The translations under genes and the position numbers were made by a program. Positions 8,851-20,200 of a DNA stretch of 64,000 nucleotides are shown piece after piece. The DNA is from Bacilli bacterium (lineage in GTDB: Bacteria > Bacillota_I > Bacilli_A > ML615J-28 > CAG-698): the NCBI GenBank assembly GCA_050174575.1, contig JBFXJT010000001.1:55276-119275 (forward strand). The letters are read 5' to 3'. The notes under the pieces were generated by a model that saw only the letters and a list, made by a program, of their open reading frames with translations, ran no database searches and was not told the origin of the DNA. Numbering within the stretch: the stretch's first letter is position 1; every line of letters starts with the position of its first letter.

Positions 8851-10521
8851 CTATCTTGATTCGTTTTTATTTTCATCAAAACTTAACAGTTCTTTTGCAA
8901 GATTTTGACTAGCAATAGTTACTTCTCCGTTAGAAATCATTTTTGCAATTTCGATGACTCGATTATGGGAGACTAGTTTGTCAATTTTAGTTACGGTTCG
9001 CCCATCTAAAGTTGCTTTGGAAATGTGCAAATGATGTTTTGCTATTGCAGCTACTTGAGGAAGATGCGTAACGCATAAAACTTGTGATTTATGAGAAATT
9101 GTAAAAATTTTATTAGCGATACTAAAAGCAATTGCTCCAGAAACACCATTATCAATTTCATCAAAAATAATTGTTTGTAAATCAAGTTTTTCACTGACAA
9201 TTGTTTTTAATGCCAGCATGAAGCGGGATAATTCGCCACCTGAAGCTACTTTAGAAAGTGGTTTTAATGGTTCTCCCAAATTAAACGAAATCATGAAATC
9301 AATATTATCAATCCCATCGTTGTTAAATACTTGAGGGTTTGGATCATTAAACACAATTTCAAAACGTGTATTACGAAGTTGTAAATCATTTAGATTATCA
9401 ATTACCAAAGTGGTCAATTCTTTTGCTAATTTTTGGCGAATTTTACGAATTTCTTGGGCAATGGTAAGTGTCAATCGATATTCTTGATCAACATTGCTTT
9501 TGGCTTCTCTTAATAAATCGTCAAAGTTCTCAATTAGGTTAATCTCATCCGCCAAATTTTGTTGGTAAATCAATAAATCTGACAACGTCTTTTTGTATTT
9601 TCTTTTAAATTCCGAATATAACCCGAGTCGTTCATTGATTTGCTCTAGTTCACGAGGATCAAAATCAAAACTCTTGTATAATTTATTAATCTCTGTTATT
9701 TGGTCACTTAAACGATAAAAGTCCTCTTCCATTTGCTGTTGAATGTTACCATAACGTTCATCAAATTTAGCTAACTTACCTAAATTTGCTACGGCATCAT
9801 ACAAGTTTTCTAATAATTGATTTTTCGTAAATGATTCGATGATTGCAGAAACATTAGTACTAATTTGTTCAAAATTTGTTAAGTAATTAGCTTGCTTTCG
9901 CAACTGTTCTTCTTCTTGAATTGATAAATGTGCATTATCAAGTTCTTTTATTTGGTATTTCAAATATTCCAATCTTTGAGAATCATCTTCATTACGCTTC
10001 AATAGTTTTTGGTAATTGCTTAAATATTCTCGATATTTTTTTAAATGTTCTTGATATAACGGAAGTTTGGTCGTTACATCACTATTATCAATAAATTTTA
10101 AATAATTCTTAGGATTGAAGAGTCCTTGAGTATCATATTGTGTGTGAATGTCACCAATTAATTCAGCAATTTCGTTTAATTGGTTTAGAGTAACAATTTG
10201 GTTGTTGATTTTACAAATGCTTTTCCCGTTGGCATAAATTTCTCTTTTAATAATTAAATAATCATCTTCATTAATGTTCAAATCAACAATCGATGTCATT
10301 TCGGGTTTAATTTGTGAAAAAACGCCTTCAATCATTGCTTTTGATTCGCCAAATCTGATTAATTCAGTCGAAGCACGTTTCCCAAATAAAAGGCCAATGG
10401 CATCAATGATTAATGATTTACCTGCTCCTGTTTCACCAGTTAAACAAGTCATCGAATCATCAAAGTCAATTTGCATATTATCTATTATTGCAAAATTTTT
10501 AACAGTTAACGAAATTAGCAT
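8851..10521 (-). CDS. recN: DNA repair protein RecN
   Basis: Walker A GETGAGKS at the N-terminus, long coiled coil, C-terminal SGGE signature; 556 aa. Confidence 0.9.
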   Translation of the reverse strand: MLISLTVKNFAIIDNMQIDFDDSMTCLTGETGAGKSLIIDAIGLLFGKRASTELIRFGESKAMIEGVFSQIKPEMTSIVDLNINEDDYLIIKREIYANGKSICKINNQIVTLNQLNEIAELIGDIHTQYDTQGLFNPKNYLKFIDNSDVTTKLPLYQEHLKKYREYLSNYQKLLKRNEDDSQRLEYLKYQIKELDNAHLSIQEEEQLRKQANYLTNFEQISTNVSAIIESFTKNQLLENLYDAVANLGKLAKFDERYGNIQQQMEEDFYRLSDQITEINKLYKSFDFDPRELEQINERLGLYSEFKRKYKKTLSDLLIYQQNLADEINLIENFDDLLREAKSNVDQEYRLTLTIAQEIRKIRQKLAKELTTLVIDNLNDLQLRNTRFEIVFNDPNPQVFNNDGIDNIDFMISFNLGEPLKPLSKVASGGELSRFMLALKTIVSEKLDLQTIIFDEIDNGVSGAIAFSIANKIFTISHKSQVLCVTHLPQVAAIAKHHLHISKATLDGRTVTKIDKLVSHNRVIEIAKMISNGEVTIASQNLAKELLSFDENKNESR

Positions 10522-10524
10522 ATT

Positions 10525-12348
10525 CTATCCTTTTATGTGTGGTTTTAATATATCACGAATATCTAAACCTAAGTCTTTTTTTAAAGATTTGATGGACCCG
10601 CTACTGACAAACTGATCAGTAATGGCAATGGCTTGAATATTTAATTCAAAGGAGTGTAAAGTGTTAGCTTCAATGATTAAAGAAGATAACGAGCCATTTA
10701 AAATTACTTCTTCATAAATAATTACTTTTGTTTTAGATAATGCTTTAAGCATTTCCAAATCAAGTGGCTTGATGAAGCGAGCATTAATAACACCCATGTC
10801 TAAATTTTCTTCATCAACAACGCATGCAAATTTATTTACAACAGGACCATAGGAAATAATATTAATCTCTTTTATTGGTTTAACAACTTCCCATTTTCCA
10901 TAATCAACATCCGTAATTATCGGAATATCCGTGTTTGTTTCTCCGCGAGGATATCGAACGACAAAAGGACCATTGTGTCTGTTAATTGCAAAATCAACCA
11001 ATTGGGCAGTTTCTGCCAACGATCTCCCCATTGTGATTGTAAAATTAGGTAAATGTGATAAAAAAGCTATATCAAAAGTACCCTGATGTGTGTCCCCATC
11101 TGCGCCAACAATTCCTGCACGATCAACCAGAAAAACAACATGGGCATTCGTTCTAGCAACATCGTGATTAAGAGCATCATAAGCACGTTGTAAAAAAGTT
11201 GAATAAATCGAAATAACGGGAAGGTTGTTTGTCCTTGCCATGGCTGCACCCATTACAACGCTTAACTCTTCCGCAATACCAACATCAACAATTTGGTTTG
11301 GGAGGACTTTTGCAAATTTATCTAATCCTGAACCCAAGATCATTGCTGGGCAAATTACTGTTATTTTAGGGTTTTTCAAGGCTTGATTTAAGATAATATC
11401 TCCTACACCCTGACTCCAAGAAATTTTATTTGGTTTGGAATGGTTTACTTGCATTCCGGTTGCTACGTCAAAAGGACCAATACCATGCCAAGCACCTACT
11501 TGGTCTTTTTCAGCAAAGGGATATCCCATACCTTTAATCGTTTTTACATGAATGATGATTGATTGATTTGTTTTTTTCGCATATTCAAAATATCTTATTA
11601 AAACACGCAGATTATGACCATTTATAGGGCCGAAATAACGAAATCCTAACGAATTCATAAAATTGTTTTTGTAAACAAAATTTTTGATTCCTTCTTTTAT
11701 ATCATAGAACATTCGGTGAATGAACTTTGGAGTAATCCGCTTTAAAAATTGGTAAGATTTTTTAATCCGTATTCGATTAAAAATCTTTGATAATGAGCCA
11801 ACATTTTTTGAAATGGACATTTCATTATCATTTAGAACAATAATTGCTTTTTGGTCTTTTTTAGAACCTAGGAAATTCAAACCGGATAACGCAAGTCCGT
11901 TTTGGATAGCGCCGTCTCCAATTATGGCGATAACTTCTCCGATATCATCACCTTTAGATTTGGCTTCAAGAAACCCAGCAGCTGCCGAAATGGAAGTTGC
12001 TGCATGACCTGCTTCCCATACATCGTGAGGGCTTTCAGAATATTTTAAGAATCCACTTAACCCATCTTTTTGTCTTAATGTAGAAAATTGCGAAGCTCTC
12101 CCAGTTAAAATCTTATGGGTATAGGCCTGATGACCAACATCAAAAATTAATTTATCATAGGGGCTATTAAAAACATAATGTAAAGCAATTATTAGTTCAA
12201 CAACACCTAAATTGGCCGATAAGTGCCCACCAGTTAAACTAACATTATTTATTATAAAATGTCTGATGTCATCAGCCAACTGTTCAAGTTCTTTTATGTT
12301 TAAATTTTTTATATCTTGTGGTGCTGTAATTTTTTCTAAATCAATCAT
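10525..12348 (-). CDS. dxs: 1-deoxy-D-xylulose-5-phosphate synthase
   Basis: TPP-binding GDGAIQNG... motif, transketolase-like, 607 aa; adjacent to ispA. Confidence 0.93.
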   Translation of the reverse strand: MIDLEKITAPQDIKNLNIKELEQLADDIRHFIINNVSLTGGHLSANLGVVELIIALHYVFNSPYDKLIFDVGHQAYTHKILTGRASQFSTLRQKDGLSGFLKYSESPHDVWEAGHAATSISAAAGFLEAKSKGDDIGEVIAIIGDGAIQNGLALSGLNFLGSKKDQKAIIVLNDNEMSISKNVGSLSKIFNRIRIKKSYQFLKRITPKFIHRMFYDIKEGIKNFVYKNNFMNSLGFRYFGPINGHNLRVLIRYFEYAKKTNQSIIIHVKTIKGMGYPFAEKDQVGAWHGIGPFDVATGMQVNHSKPNKISWSQGVGDIILNQALKNPKITVICPAMILGSGLDKFAKVLPNQIVDVGIAEELSVVMGAAMARTNNLPVISIYSTFLQRAYDALNHDVARTNAHVVFLVDRAGIVGADGDTHQGTFDIAFLSHLPNFTITMGRSLAETAQLVDFAINRHNGPFVVRYPRGETNTDIPIITDVDYGKWEVVKPIKEINIISYGPVVNKFACVVDEENLDMGVINARFIKPLDLEMLKALSKTKVIIYEEVILNGSLSSLIIEANTLHSFELNIQAIAITDQFVSSGSIKSLKKDLGLDIRDILKPHIKG

Positions 12349-13154
12349 AAAATCCTCTTAACAAAATCGTAAAGATTATTTTCTCCTAAATTGTTTTTTA
12401 TTAGCTCTAATGTATCACTTCGAAAACTTTGGAACAAGGAATAAGCTTGATCTTTTCCTAACAAGTTTACAAAAGTATTGATTTCTATCGCTTGTTTTTG
12501 TTCAAAATCATCGAGATCATCTTTTATTTGAAAAGCAAGGCCAAAATTGTGAGCAATAATTGAAAAATTTCCTAGTAAAGTTATATTAGCTTTTCTGATT
12601 AAACCAGCGATTTGGAGAGCTAATTCAAATAAATCACCTGTTTTGCGTAAATTCATAAACTTGATGGTTTCTTCATTTAATTGATTTGTAGGATTAATAT
12701 CAAGCATCTGTCCCTGAACCATGCCATTTGCGCCAGTTTTTAAGGAAGTTAATTTTAATAAATTAATCAAAGTTCCATGATCGACATTTGTTTTTGTCAA
12801 CCAAAAAAAGGCATCAGTTAACAAAGCATCACCTGCTAAAACGGCAATTGCTTCAGAAAATTGGATATGCACTGTTGGCTTGCCGCGTCTCACCCCATCA
12901 TCATCCATTGCCGGTAAATCGTCATGGATCAACGAATAAGTATGGATCATCTCTATAGCAGCCCCAGCATAACAACCCACAATCGGGTCAAGTCCTAAAT
13001 CACGTAACGTTAAAAGCAAAAGTAACGGACGAATCCTTTTTCCTCCTGGAAACAAAGCATAATTAATGGCTTGTTTTAATTCAGGATTTTGAATTGTCTG
13101 AACATAGTCGGATAAACAATTATCGATAATTTTTAAATAATCATTCATTGTCAT
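12345..13154 (-). CDS. ispA: Farnesyl/geranyl diphosphate synthase
   Basis: FARM motif LIHDDLPAMDDD and SARM motif KDDLDDF. Confidence 0.85.
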   Translation of the reverse strand: MTMNDYLKIIDNCLSDYVQTIQNPELKQAINYALFPGGKRIRPLLLLLTLRDLGLDPIVGCYAGAAIEMIHTYSLIHDDLPAMDDDGVRRGKPTVHIQFSEAIAVLAGDALLTDAFFWLTKTNVDHGTLINLLKLTSLKTGANGMVQGQMLDINPTNQLNEETIKFMNLRKTGDLFELALQIAGLIRKANITLLGNFSIIAHNFGLAFQIKDDLDDFEQKQAIEINTFVNLLGKDQAYSLFQSFRSDTLELIKNNLGENNLYDFVKRIL

Positions 13155-13323
13155 TATGCATTTTTGTAATAATTAGTTCTTTTGCATTAACTAATTTCTC
13201 TTTACAAAGAGCAGCGACTTCAATTCCTCGTTGATATTTTTCAATTGCTTCATCAAGTGTTAAATTGCCACTTTCTAAAGATTTTACAATTTCTTCTAAT
13301 TCTTTTATTAATTCTTCGTACAT
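13141..13323 (-). CDS. xseB: Exodeoxyribonuclease VII small subunit
   Basis: 60 aa, LEEIVKSLESGNLTLDEAIEKYQRG signature. Confidence 0.85.
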   Translation of the reverse strand: MYEELIKELEEIVKSLESGNLTLDEAIEKYQRGIEVAALCKEKLVNAKELIITKMHNDNE

Positions 13324-13325
13324 GT

Positions 13326-14669
13326 TTATTCCTCTTTTCTACTTTTTTTAATCGGCTTTGTAACAATCTCACCATCATAATAAAGGACATTTAAATTTTG
13401 TTCAAGATTGACATCCAGAACATTTGTGATTAATTGGCCGTTTTGATATGTTAATGTATAGCCTTTTTTCATGATGTTTTTTGGATTTAATAAATTAAGT
13501 TTATCAAATAGTTGGGTCAAATGAACAAAGCGATCAGAAGTCTGTCTAACATATAATTGTTGTAATTGATTTTGTCTATCATTTACATAGTTTATTTTTA
13601 GATTAAGACGATCTTCGATATTAAAAGCTTTCAATCGATTCCAATAGTTGTCAACAGTATTTAATAAATTGTTGATTTTCACATTGGGTGATGAATTCTG
13701 TAATCGTAATGTTAGTTGACTTAGCGTGTTTTCTTTTTGCTTGATAACTTCAATGAAGTTTTTAAAATAATGGGCATTCACTAAATTTTGCAAACTAAAA
13801 TACTTTTGTTCAAGGATTCTTTTATAATAATAGTGGAGTAATTGGCTTTTTTCGTTAATATTTTGGGCAATCTCTGCTTGGCTTTTTGTAAGCAGGACTG
13901 CAGCTCCCGTAGGTGTTGGTGCTCTTAATGAGGCAACAAAATCGCAAATTGTAAAATCAGCTTCATGACCAACACCACTGACAGTAGGAATTTTACTTGC
14001 AAATATAGCTCTAGCTAATTGTTCGTCATTGAAACACGAAAGGTCTTCAACACTGCCACCACCACGTGCAATAATGATAACTTGACCAAGGCGATCTTCG
14101 TTGGCTTTTTTTAAAGCTGCTATTAACGATTTGGGAGCTTGAACTCCTTGAACAAGTGCAGGATACATATAAACTTTTGCGATTGGGAAACGCTTAAAAA
14201 TTGTTGAGGTAATATCGTTGATTGCATCGCCATTTTCAGAAGTAATGACGGCAATATGTTCAATGAAACTGGGGATTGGAAGTTTTTTGTCTTGATCAAA
14301 CAAACCCTCTTTTTGCAGTTTTTCTTTCAAACGTAAAAAGTTTAAATAACTTTCACCTAACCCAGATTGACGCATCTCATTAACGTTTAAACTGTAAGTT
14401 CCTCCCTTTGGATAAACAGAAACTACAGCTTTAATCAGCACCATCATTCCATCAACAGGAATAAAAGCTAAAGAACGGGCATTTGAACCAAACATAATCG
14501 CGCGAATTTCCGATTCTTCATCTTTCAGAGAAAAATAAAGATGTCCTTTTGATATGCGAAAATTGGATATTTCGCCTTGAATCAATACATTTTTTAATGC
14601 ATTATCCGTATCAAATTTATAAGCAATATATTTGTTCAATGCAGAAACAGTTAAATAATTATTTTCCAT
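13326..14669 (-). CDS. xseA: Exodeoxyribonuclease VII large subunit (start probably at internal Met MENNYLTVSALN)
   Basis: OB-fold N-terminus, central catalytic region; the track ORF extends to 14747 but overlaps nusB. Confidence 0.88.
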   Translation of the reverse strand: MENNYLTVSALNKYIAYKFDTDNALKNVLIQGEISNFRISKGHLYFSLKDEESEIRAIMFGSNARSLAFIPVDGMMVLIKAVVSVYPKGGTYSLNVNEMRQSGLGESYLNFLRLKEKLQKEGLFDQDKKLPIPSFIEHIAVITSENGDAINDITSTIFKRFPIAKVYMYPALVQGVQAPKSLIAALKKANEDRLGQVIIIARGGGSVEDLSCFNDEQLARAIFASKIPTVSGVGHEADFTICDFVASLRAPTPTGAAVLLTKSQAEIAQNINEKSQLLHYYYKRILEQKYFSLQNLVNAHYFKNFIEVIKQKENTLSQLTLRLQNSSPNVKINNLLNTVDNYWNRLKAFNIEDRLNLKINYVNDRQNQLQQLYVRQTSDRFVHLTQLFDKLNLLNPKNIMKKGYTLTYQNGQLITNVLDVNLEQNLNVLYYDGEIVTKPIKKSRKEE

Positions 14670-15075
14670 CGATACTTTTCCTAATCTCATCAAGCAGTTT
14701 ATTGTTGAACTTTGATGATAATCCATCATCAAGTTCACTATATTCATGCGTTAAATTGAGGACTTCATTGATAATGATAGTATGAGGAGTATTCGTATAT
14801 AACATTTCAAAAACAGCAATCCGGATTAAATTACGATCAATGACGGACATTCTTTCAAATGTCCAATTTTTCAAATTACGGCTCATAATCCGATTTATAT
14901 CATCCCAGTGAAGAATGACACCATTGACAAGTTCATTAAAAAAGTCTTCATCGAAGTCAACTTCTTCTTCCTCTTGTAAAACTTCATCTAAATATTGGTA
15001 GTTGGGCATTTCACCTAATAAATCGTAATTGTATAAGACGATCATTGCTTTAATGCGACTATTATTTCTCTTCAT
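14659..15075 (-). CDS. nusB: Transcription antitermination factor NusB
   Basis: 138 aa, NusB fold pattern (RIKAMIVLYNYDL...); nusB-xseA-xseB-ispA-dxs order as in Bacillus. Confidence 0.85.
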   Translation of the reverse strand: MKRNNSRIKAMIVLYNYDLLGEMPNYQYLDEVLQEEEEVDFDEDFFNELVNGVILHWDDINRIMSRNLKNWTFERMSVIDRNLIRIAVFEMLYTNTPHTIIINEVLNLTHEYSELDDGLSSKFNNKLLDEIRKSIDGK

Positions 15076-15142
15076 ATTTTCACCTTACTATAAGTATTTT
15101 AGCATAGAACGTTGTTTTTTGAAAGTAAAATCACTATTTTTC

Positions 15143-15177
15143 AATCTAAAATAAAATCCTCAATTGGCAAATTGAGG
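15143..15177 (-). terminator. Rho-independent terminator downstream of the paralog pair operon
   Basis: Minus strand CCTCAATT-TGCC-AATTGAGG hairpin followed by ATTTTATTTTAG. Confidence 0.6.
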
Positions 15178-15185
15178 ATCACTTT

Positions 15186-16166
15186 TTAAACTAAAGCTTC
15201 ATCATTATTTATTACGGAAATAACTATCAAATAATATAAAGAAAAAGCTAAAATATAAATATCTAAAAGTTTCGGGAAAAACCAAAGCAATATAAAAAAC
15301 ACAACTGTTACAGGGATGCTTGCAATAGCTCCAATGTTGTAATATTCTTTAAATTGTTTAAACTTCCCTTCACGATGGAAGAAAATCCAAAGAATCAAGA
15401 TAGTAATTGTTGTAAAACAAACACCAATGATAAAACTGTAAGTAAAGAATTGTAATTTAATCGTATTCCGATTCCCAATAATTATTTGCTCAAGCAAATA
15501 ATTTCCTAATAGGTATCCGTTATTGGCAGGATCATCGATTGAAAATCGAAAATCGCCTAAATTGTTTTGGTAAAACACTTTTTTGGTATTAGAAAGAATT
15601 TTTTGCCCATTGTGGACAATATTTAAATCGTCTATACCATCGGGATGTGCTTGAAAATATAAAGCATCGGAATAAAGAATTATTAAGTAATTTTCTTCAT
15701 TAGTTTTATAAGGGATTTTTTCAATTGTGAAATTTTCATTAGGATCATAAAAGACTTTAATGCCTTCAACTTCTAAATAGACTTGTTCAATATTAAATAA
15801 ATCGATAACTAAATGAACGTTTTTAGTAATCCCTTGTTCTACAAAGGAAAAATCTGCTTCAAAATTATCAACTTCTCCCATCTGATCACATTTTAATTCA
15901 TTTCCATTAACGACTTCACATTCTTTGTCAACAAGTTGTTTTATAACGTTGTTAACAATTGAAGTGTTCGGAAATTGCGTCAAAACATCATAATTGTAGT
16001 TGTTTAAGATGTCTTGCTCATTTATCGAAGAATTTTGACTTGGAGGTAAAGCGATGATAAATGAAGAAATCACAAATATGCAAATGGAAATAATAATACT
16101 CATTGATTTATATTTAATCATCCATCTTGGCAAAACCAAAGATTTTAAAATATCACCAAATTTCAT
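15186..16166 (-). CDS. Membrane protein of unknown family, paralog B (N-terminal TM, ~230-aa extracytoplasmic domain, two C-terminal TM helices)
   Basis: 326 aa; clear paralogy with the upstream gene at both ends (N-terminus LKLFVLPKSM / LKSLVLPRWM; C-terminus YLMGTYIIDQIIVG...WLFFKRNGRLTQFREYFNI / YLLGNYLLEQIIIG...WIFFHREGKFKQFKEYYNI). Confidence 0.55.
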   Translation of the reverse strand: MKFGDILKSLVLPRWMIKYKSMSIIISICIFVISSFIIALPPSQNSSINEQDILNNYNYDVLTQFPNTSIVNNVIKQLVDKECEVVNGNELKCDQMGEVDNFEADFSFVEQGITKNVHLVIDLFNIEQVYLEVEGIKVFYDPNENFTIEKIPYKTNEENYLIILYSDALYFQAHPDGIDDLNIVHNGQKILSNTKKVFYQNNLGDFRFSIDDPANNGYLLGNYLLEQIIIGNRNTIKLQFFTYSFIIGVCFTTITILILWIFFHREGKFKQFKEYYNIGAIASIPVTVVFFILLWFFPKLLDIYILAFSLYYLIVISVINNDEALV

Positions 16167-16187
16167 AATTACCCCCTATAAATTTTT

Positions 16188-17165
16188 TTATAAATCAGTT
16201 GGGCTATTATTTATCCGATAAAGAATGAATAAATAATAAATAGAAAAAAGGAAAATATAAGCGTTTAAAATTTGTGGAAATATCCACGATACTCCAAAAG
16301 TTATAACTAAAGGAACAACGCTTCCTAAAGCAGCAATATTGAAATATTCTCTAAATTGCGTTAAACGACCATTACGTTTAAAGAATAACCAGAAAATAAG
16401 GATCATTAAAAGTGGGAATAAAATACAAATTAAGATGGTATTCATAAAAGCCGTGGATCTAGCATAAGCAGCTAAACCAACAATTATTTGATCAATTATG
16501 TAGGTTCCCATTAAATAGCCATCAGTTTCTGGGGAACTAGAACTTAGTTTAAAAGTTGGGATGTACCCTTCATAAAAAAGTGTTGTTGATATTTCAGTTA
16601 GTGAAATATCATTGTGCTTTTTTTCTAATTCGCCCAATCCTCTTTGGTGGGCTTGATAGTACATATAATAATTAGTCAAAAGCACAAAATAGTGTTCAAC
16701 ATTATCTTCATATGGGTAATGTTCAAGATCAAAATCAGTTAAAGGGTCGAACGAAGAATCTTCTTCACCATTATTTTCAACGATAAAATGGATTTTCTTG
16801 GTAACTGGCGTTGCATAATCTTCGCCATTCGTAATGAAAGAGATTTCTTTTGTGACAACTTCACCAGCATCTAATCCCGTGCAGGATAGTTTGAATTCTG
16901 GGCTGGCAAAACATTCTAAATCATTGATTTCCACGAAGATTTGATTGATTGTCGCCTCATCGGGAATTTCTTGCAATGCTAAAAAATTATAATCGTCTCG
17001 ATACAATGCAGTGCTTTTTGCAGCTTGGAAGCCATAGGGAATTGCCAACAAATAAGCAGATAATACAAAAATAAAAAGAGAAATTAGTACAGACATTAGC
17101 CTTACTTTGGCCATTGATTTTGGTAAAACAAATAATTTTAAAAAGTTTACAATTTTAGACATATT
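16188..17165 (-). CDS. Membrane protein of unknown family, paralog A (start at internal Met MSKIVNF after an AAGGA RBS)
   Basis: Same architecture as paralog B; the first Met of the track ORF (17204) lacks an RBS, whereas the internal Met is preceded by AAGGAATAAAT. Confidence 0.55.
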   Translation of the reverse strand, partial: NMSKIVNFLKLFVLPKSMAKVRLMSVLISLFIFVLSAYLLAIPYGFQAAKSTALYRDDYNFLALQEIPDEATINQIFVEINDLECFASPEFKLSCTGLDAGEVVTKEISFITNGEDYATPVTKKIHFIVENNGEEDSSFDPLTDFDLEHYPYEDNVEHYFVLLTNYYMYYQAHQRGLGELEKKHNDISLTEISTTLFYEGYIPTFKLSSSSPETDGYLMGTYIIDQIIVGLAAYARSTAFMNTILICILFPLLMILIFWLFFKRNGRLTQFREYFNIAALGSVVPLVITFGVSWIFPQILNAYIFLFSIYYLFILYRINNSPTDL

Positions 17166-17224
17166 TATTCCTTCTAGTTTTTTAATGTAATAATTATAAC
17201 ACAATTAACAAATATAAACAATCG

Positions 17225-20200
17225 TTATTTTTGGTTGATTTGAGCAACATTCTCTAAAATGTCACTTTTATATTTCACATTTTGAAATTCGGAAAAATCA
17301 AAATTACACAACAACTCATAATTGTACAATTTGCACACTTGAATCAAAGACTGTCGTGATAAATGGTCAAGAGTATCTTCTAATAAAACACCAAACAAGT
17401 AATCATTCAACAAATCATTGACATGTAATTTCTGGAAAACATGATAATTTACCAATACTTTTATATTGTTTTCTTTTAAATATTGAAGCGAATTAGCAAT
17501 ATTTTCAGAAAAATCATTAATGCAAAGATTAATTTTTTGAAACATGCTTAAGTGCGAGCTAAAAAATTGGTCTTTGATTAACATTTCTAAAGCTTTCGCA
17601 TTGATTTGAAAATAGTAACAAAAATCATTAGCAGGATTAATTTCTCTAATTAATTGCTTTAAAGCTAAAATTTGGAAAGGAATAATTGTTAAATTTGTTA
17701 CATACTGAAAAACAGATTCTTTTGGGAGCAATCCTGGAACATTATATTGAACTAAAAAAGATTTTGGGATCGTGTTTTTGCCAATCAATGGTAAATATAA
17801 TAATTCTATCGTTCCTTTTTTTAGCTGTTCCTGTAAGCAAAATGCTACTTGCGATGATTTCAAATATTTTTTATGAATATCATCGGAAAAAACTTGATAA
17901 CGTTTAGGTTCCTTCAAAGCTAGGTCAGAAAAGATAATTAATTCATCAACACTAAAACTATCTCGAGGATACCTAACAATACTTGCTTTTGTTTCAAAAT
18001 TAATATTAAAATTTTGATAACGGAATCCTCGATCAGCATTTTCAAATATTATCCGAATTTTGCGATCGATAATCCTTTGATCAGAAGTTTCAAGATAGGA
18101 AATGAAAGTACCGTCCGCTAAATAAAATGTCAATTCGGAAAATTCTTGTTTAATTAATTGGTAAAAATATTTGATTGTCTGCATTGCAAACTCAGTATTA
18201 GTATTTTCTAGATTAATTATTTGAAAGCGACCTAAAGCGAATTTATAGTCTAAATCAGTTGTTTTAGACTTGATTTCCGTTAAAAAGGAATTAAAAACAA
18301 GTTCATCATCCATTGTTAATTTTTGTTGAGAAATAGGAATGTTTTCATCAATTTTTCTTATTGTTCCAATATAAAATTTTATTTTTCCTTCTTTAGAAAT
18401 ATAGGGAGCTGCTTGTTCTTTTACATGGATTTCTTGATTCTGTAAATTAATCCGATATGTAATTTCATAACTTTCCCCACGTTCGATTTTGTCGATAACC
18501 GAAAGTAATTGATTTTGGTCTTCTTTCCTAATCCACTGTTGGTATTCGTTTCGATCAATCATTTGTTCTTCAATTTTTAGAAAAGAAAGCAACTGAGAAC
18601 TACATAACATTCGACTTTTTACTTGGTCTAAGTAAAAAATACCTTCTTGCAAATGATTCATAGCTATTTGTAAGATGTTTTTTTGCGTTCGCAAACTATC
18701 TTGATAAAAAATCGAAATTAGTTTAAATTCCAATAATTTACAAGCGACTTTTAATAGAGCCATAGCATCAACATCAAGTAATGTGGAATCATTTGCAGTA
18801 AAGATTGCACATGCAAATAAATCTTTTTCATAAAGCATGGGAATAGCAATTAATGATTGCGTTAAAGATTGATGATATAGTTTTTCTGTTACAACGTTTT
18901 TTAAAGGCAATTGTGTGTTGGAAAAATCAATCATGATTTCATGATTTGCTGATACTACCATTTCTACAATTGTCCCATTTAAATTGTTATATGGAATATC
19001 TCTTTCAAATAAACGTTGCTTTTTATATTCAAATGACTTTACGTGATTAAAATTTTCAAAAAATTCAGGTAATGATGCAAAATTTGATTTAGAAAAAATT
19101 ATAAAATTAGCTTCATTAAAATTTACGATAGTTTCTAAGTGTTTCGAAAATTCCATAAAACAATCACGTTCGTTGTCACTAAGTGATGCTAAATTAGTTA
19201 GAACCATTGTTTTTTCAATTTTTGCAATCAGTGTACGCAAACGTTGGTTGATTTCAAGATTCTTATCATCTTCATTGGAAATCTCCAATGCTTCACTATT
19301 GTTTTTGGCAACTTGGTTATCAAGTGCTTCAAGCATGGCTAATAAAGGTTTTAAAGGTTCTTTTAAACCCTTTTCTCTACCAATTTTTGCCTTTAGTAAA
19401 CTAAGGTAAAAGCCTTTTTTAGTTTCTAAATCGGTACTTTGTTCAACTTCTTTATAAAATTTCGCAACTATACGATCAAAATCATCCCAATGTTCAAGTG
19501 TAATAAGCAACTCCAAATATTCGTTAAAAATGCCTAAATAAGATTCGCTTAAATGAGAAATTTTATGAAACAAGTCATGGAAACTTTGCTTGGCAAATTT
19601 GAAGTTTTTTTCTAAAACAAATAGTTTAGCATTTAAATATTCACAATAAAGTTTTCCTTCGTCGTCTTTTAGTTTCTCAACAAGTTTTATGCCTTCAGCA
19701 AGCGTTTTTTTGGCTTCGTTTAAAAGCCCATCATCTAGATATAATTTTGTTAAATTACTAAGTGCGAGAGCTTTTAGGGACTCATCGGGGTAATTGTTTA
19801 ATATTGCTTGGAGGTGTTGTGAAGCTTTATCTTTTTGATTTAATTCAGCATCAATATATGCCATTTCTAAGTACCAACGATTCACTTCATCGTGATCTTC
19901 TAAATTTAAATAGTTTCTTTTCAAAAAAGTGTATCGATAAGCACTTTTAAAATTTTTCTTTTGAAAATAAATGAAAATTATATGATCTAAAAAAGAAATA
20001 TAAATTTTTTGAAAAACGACACTATCAATGATGTTAAATGTTTTTAAAGCTAAAGAAAGCGCATCATCAAAAAGATGATTATCAATATATATATCGATAA
20101 TCAAGATATCACATAAATATTGATATTCTTGATTTAAAGCCAAGATGCATTGGTTTTTTAAATCAACTATTTGTGAGAAGTCAGCTAAAGAAAGAGAACG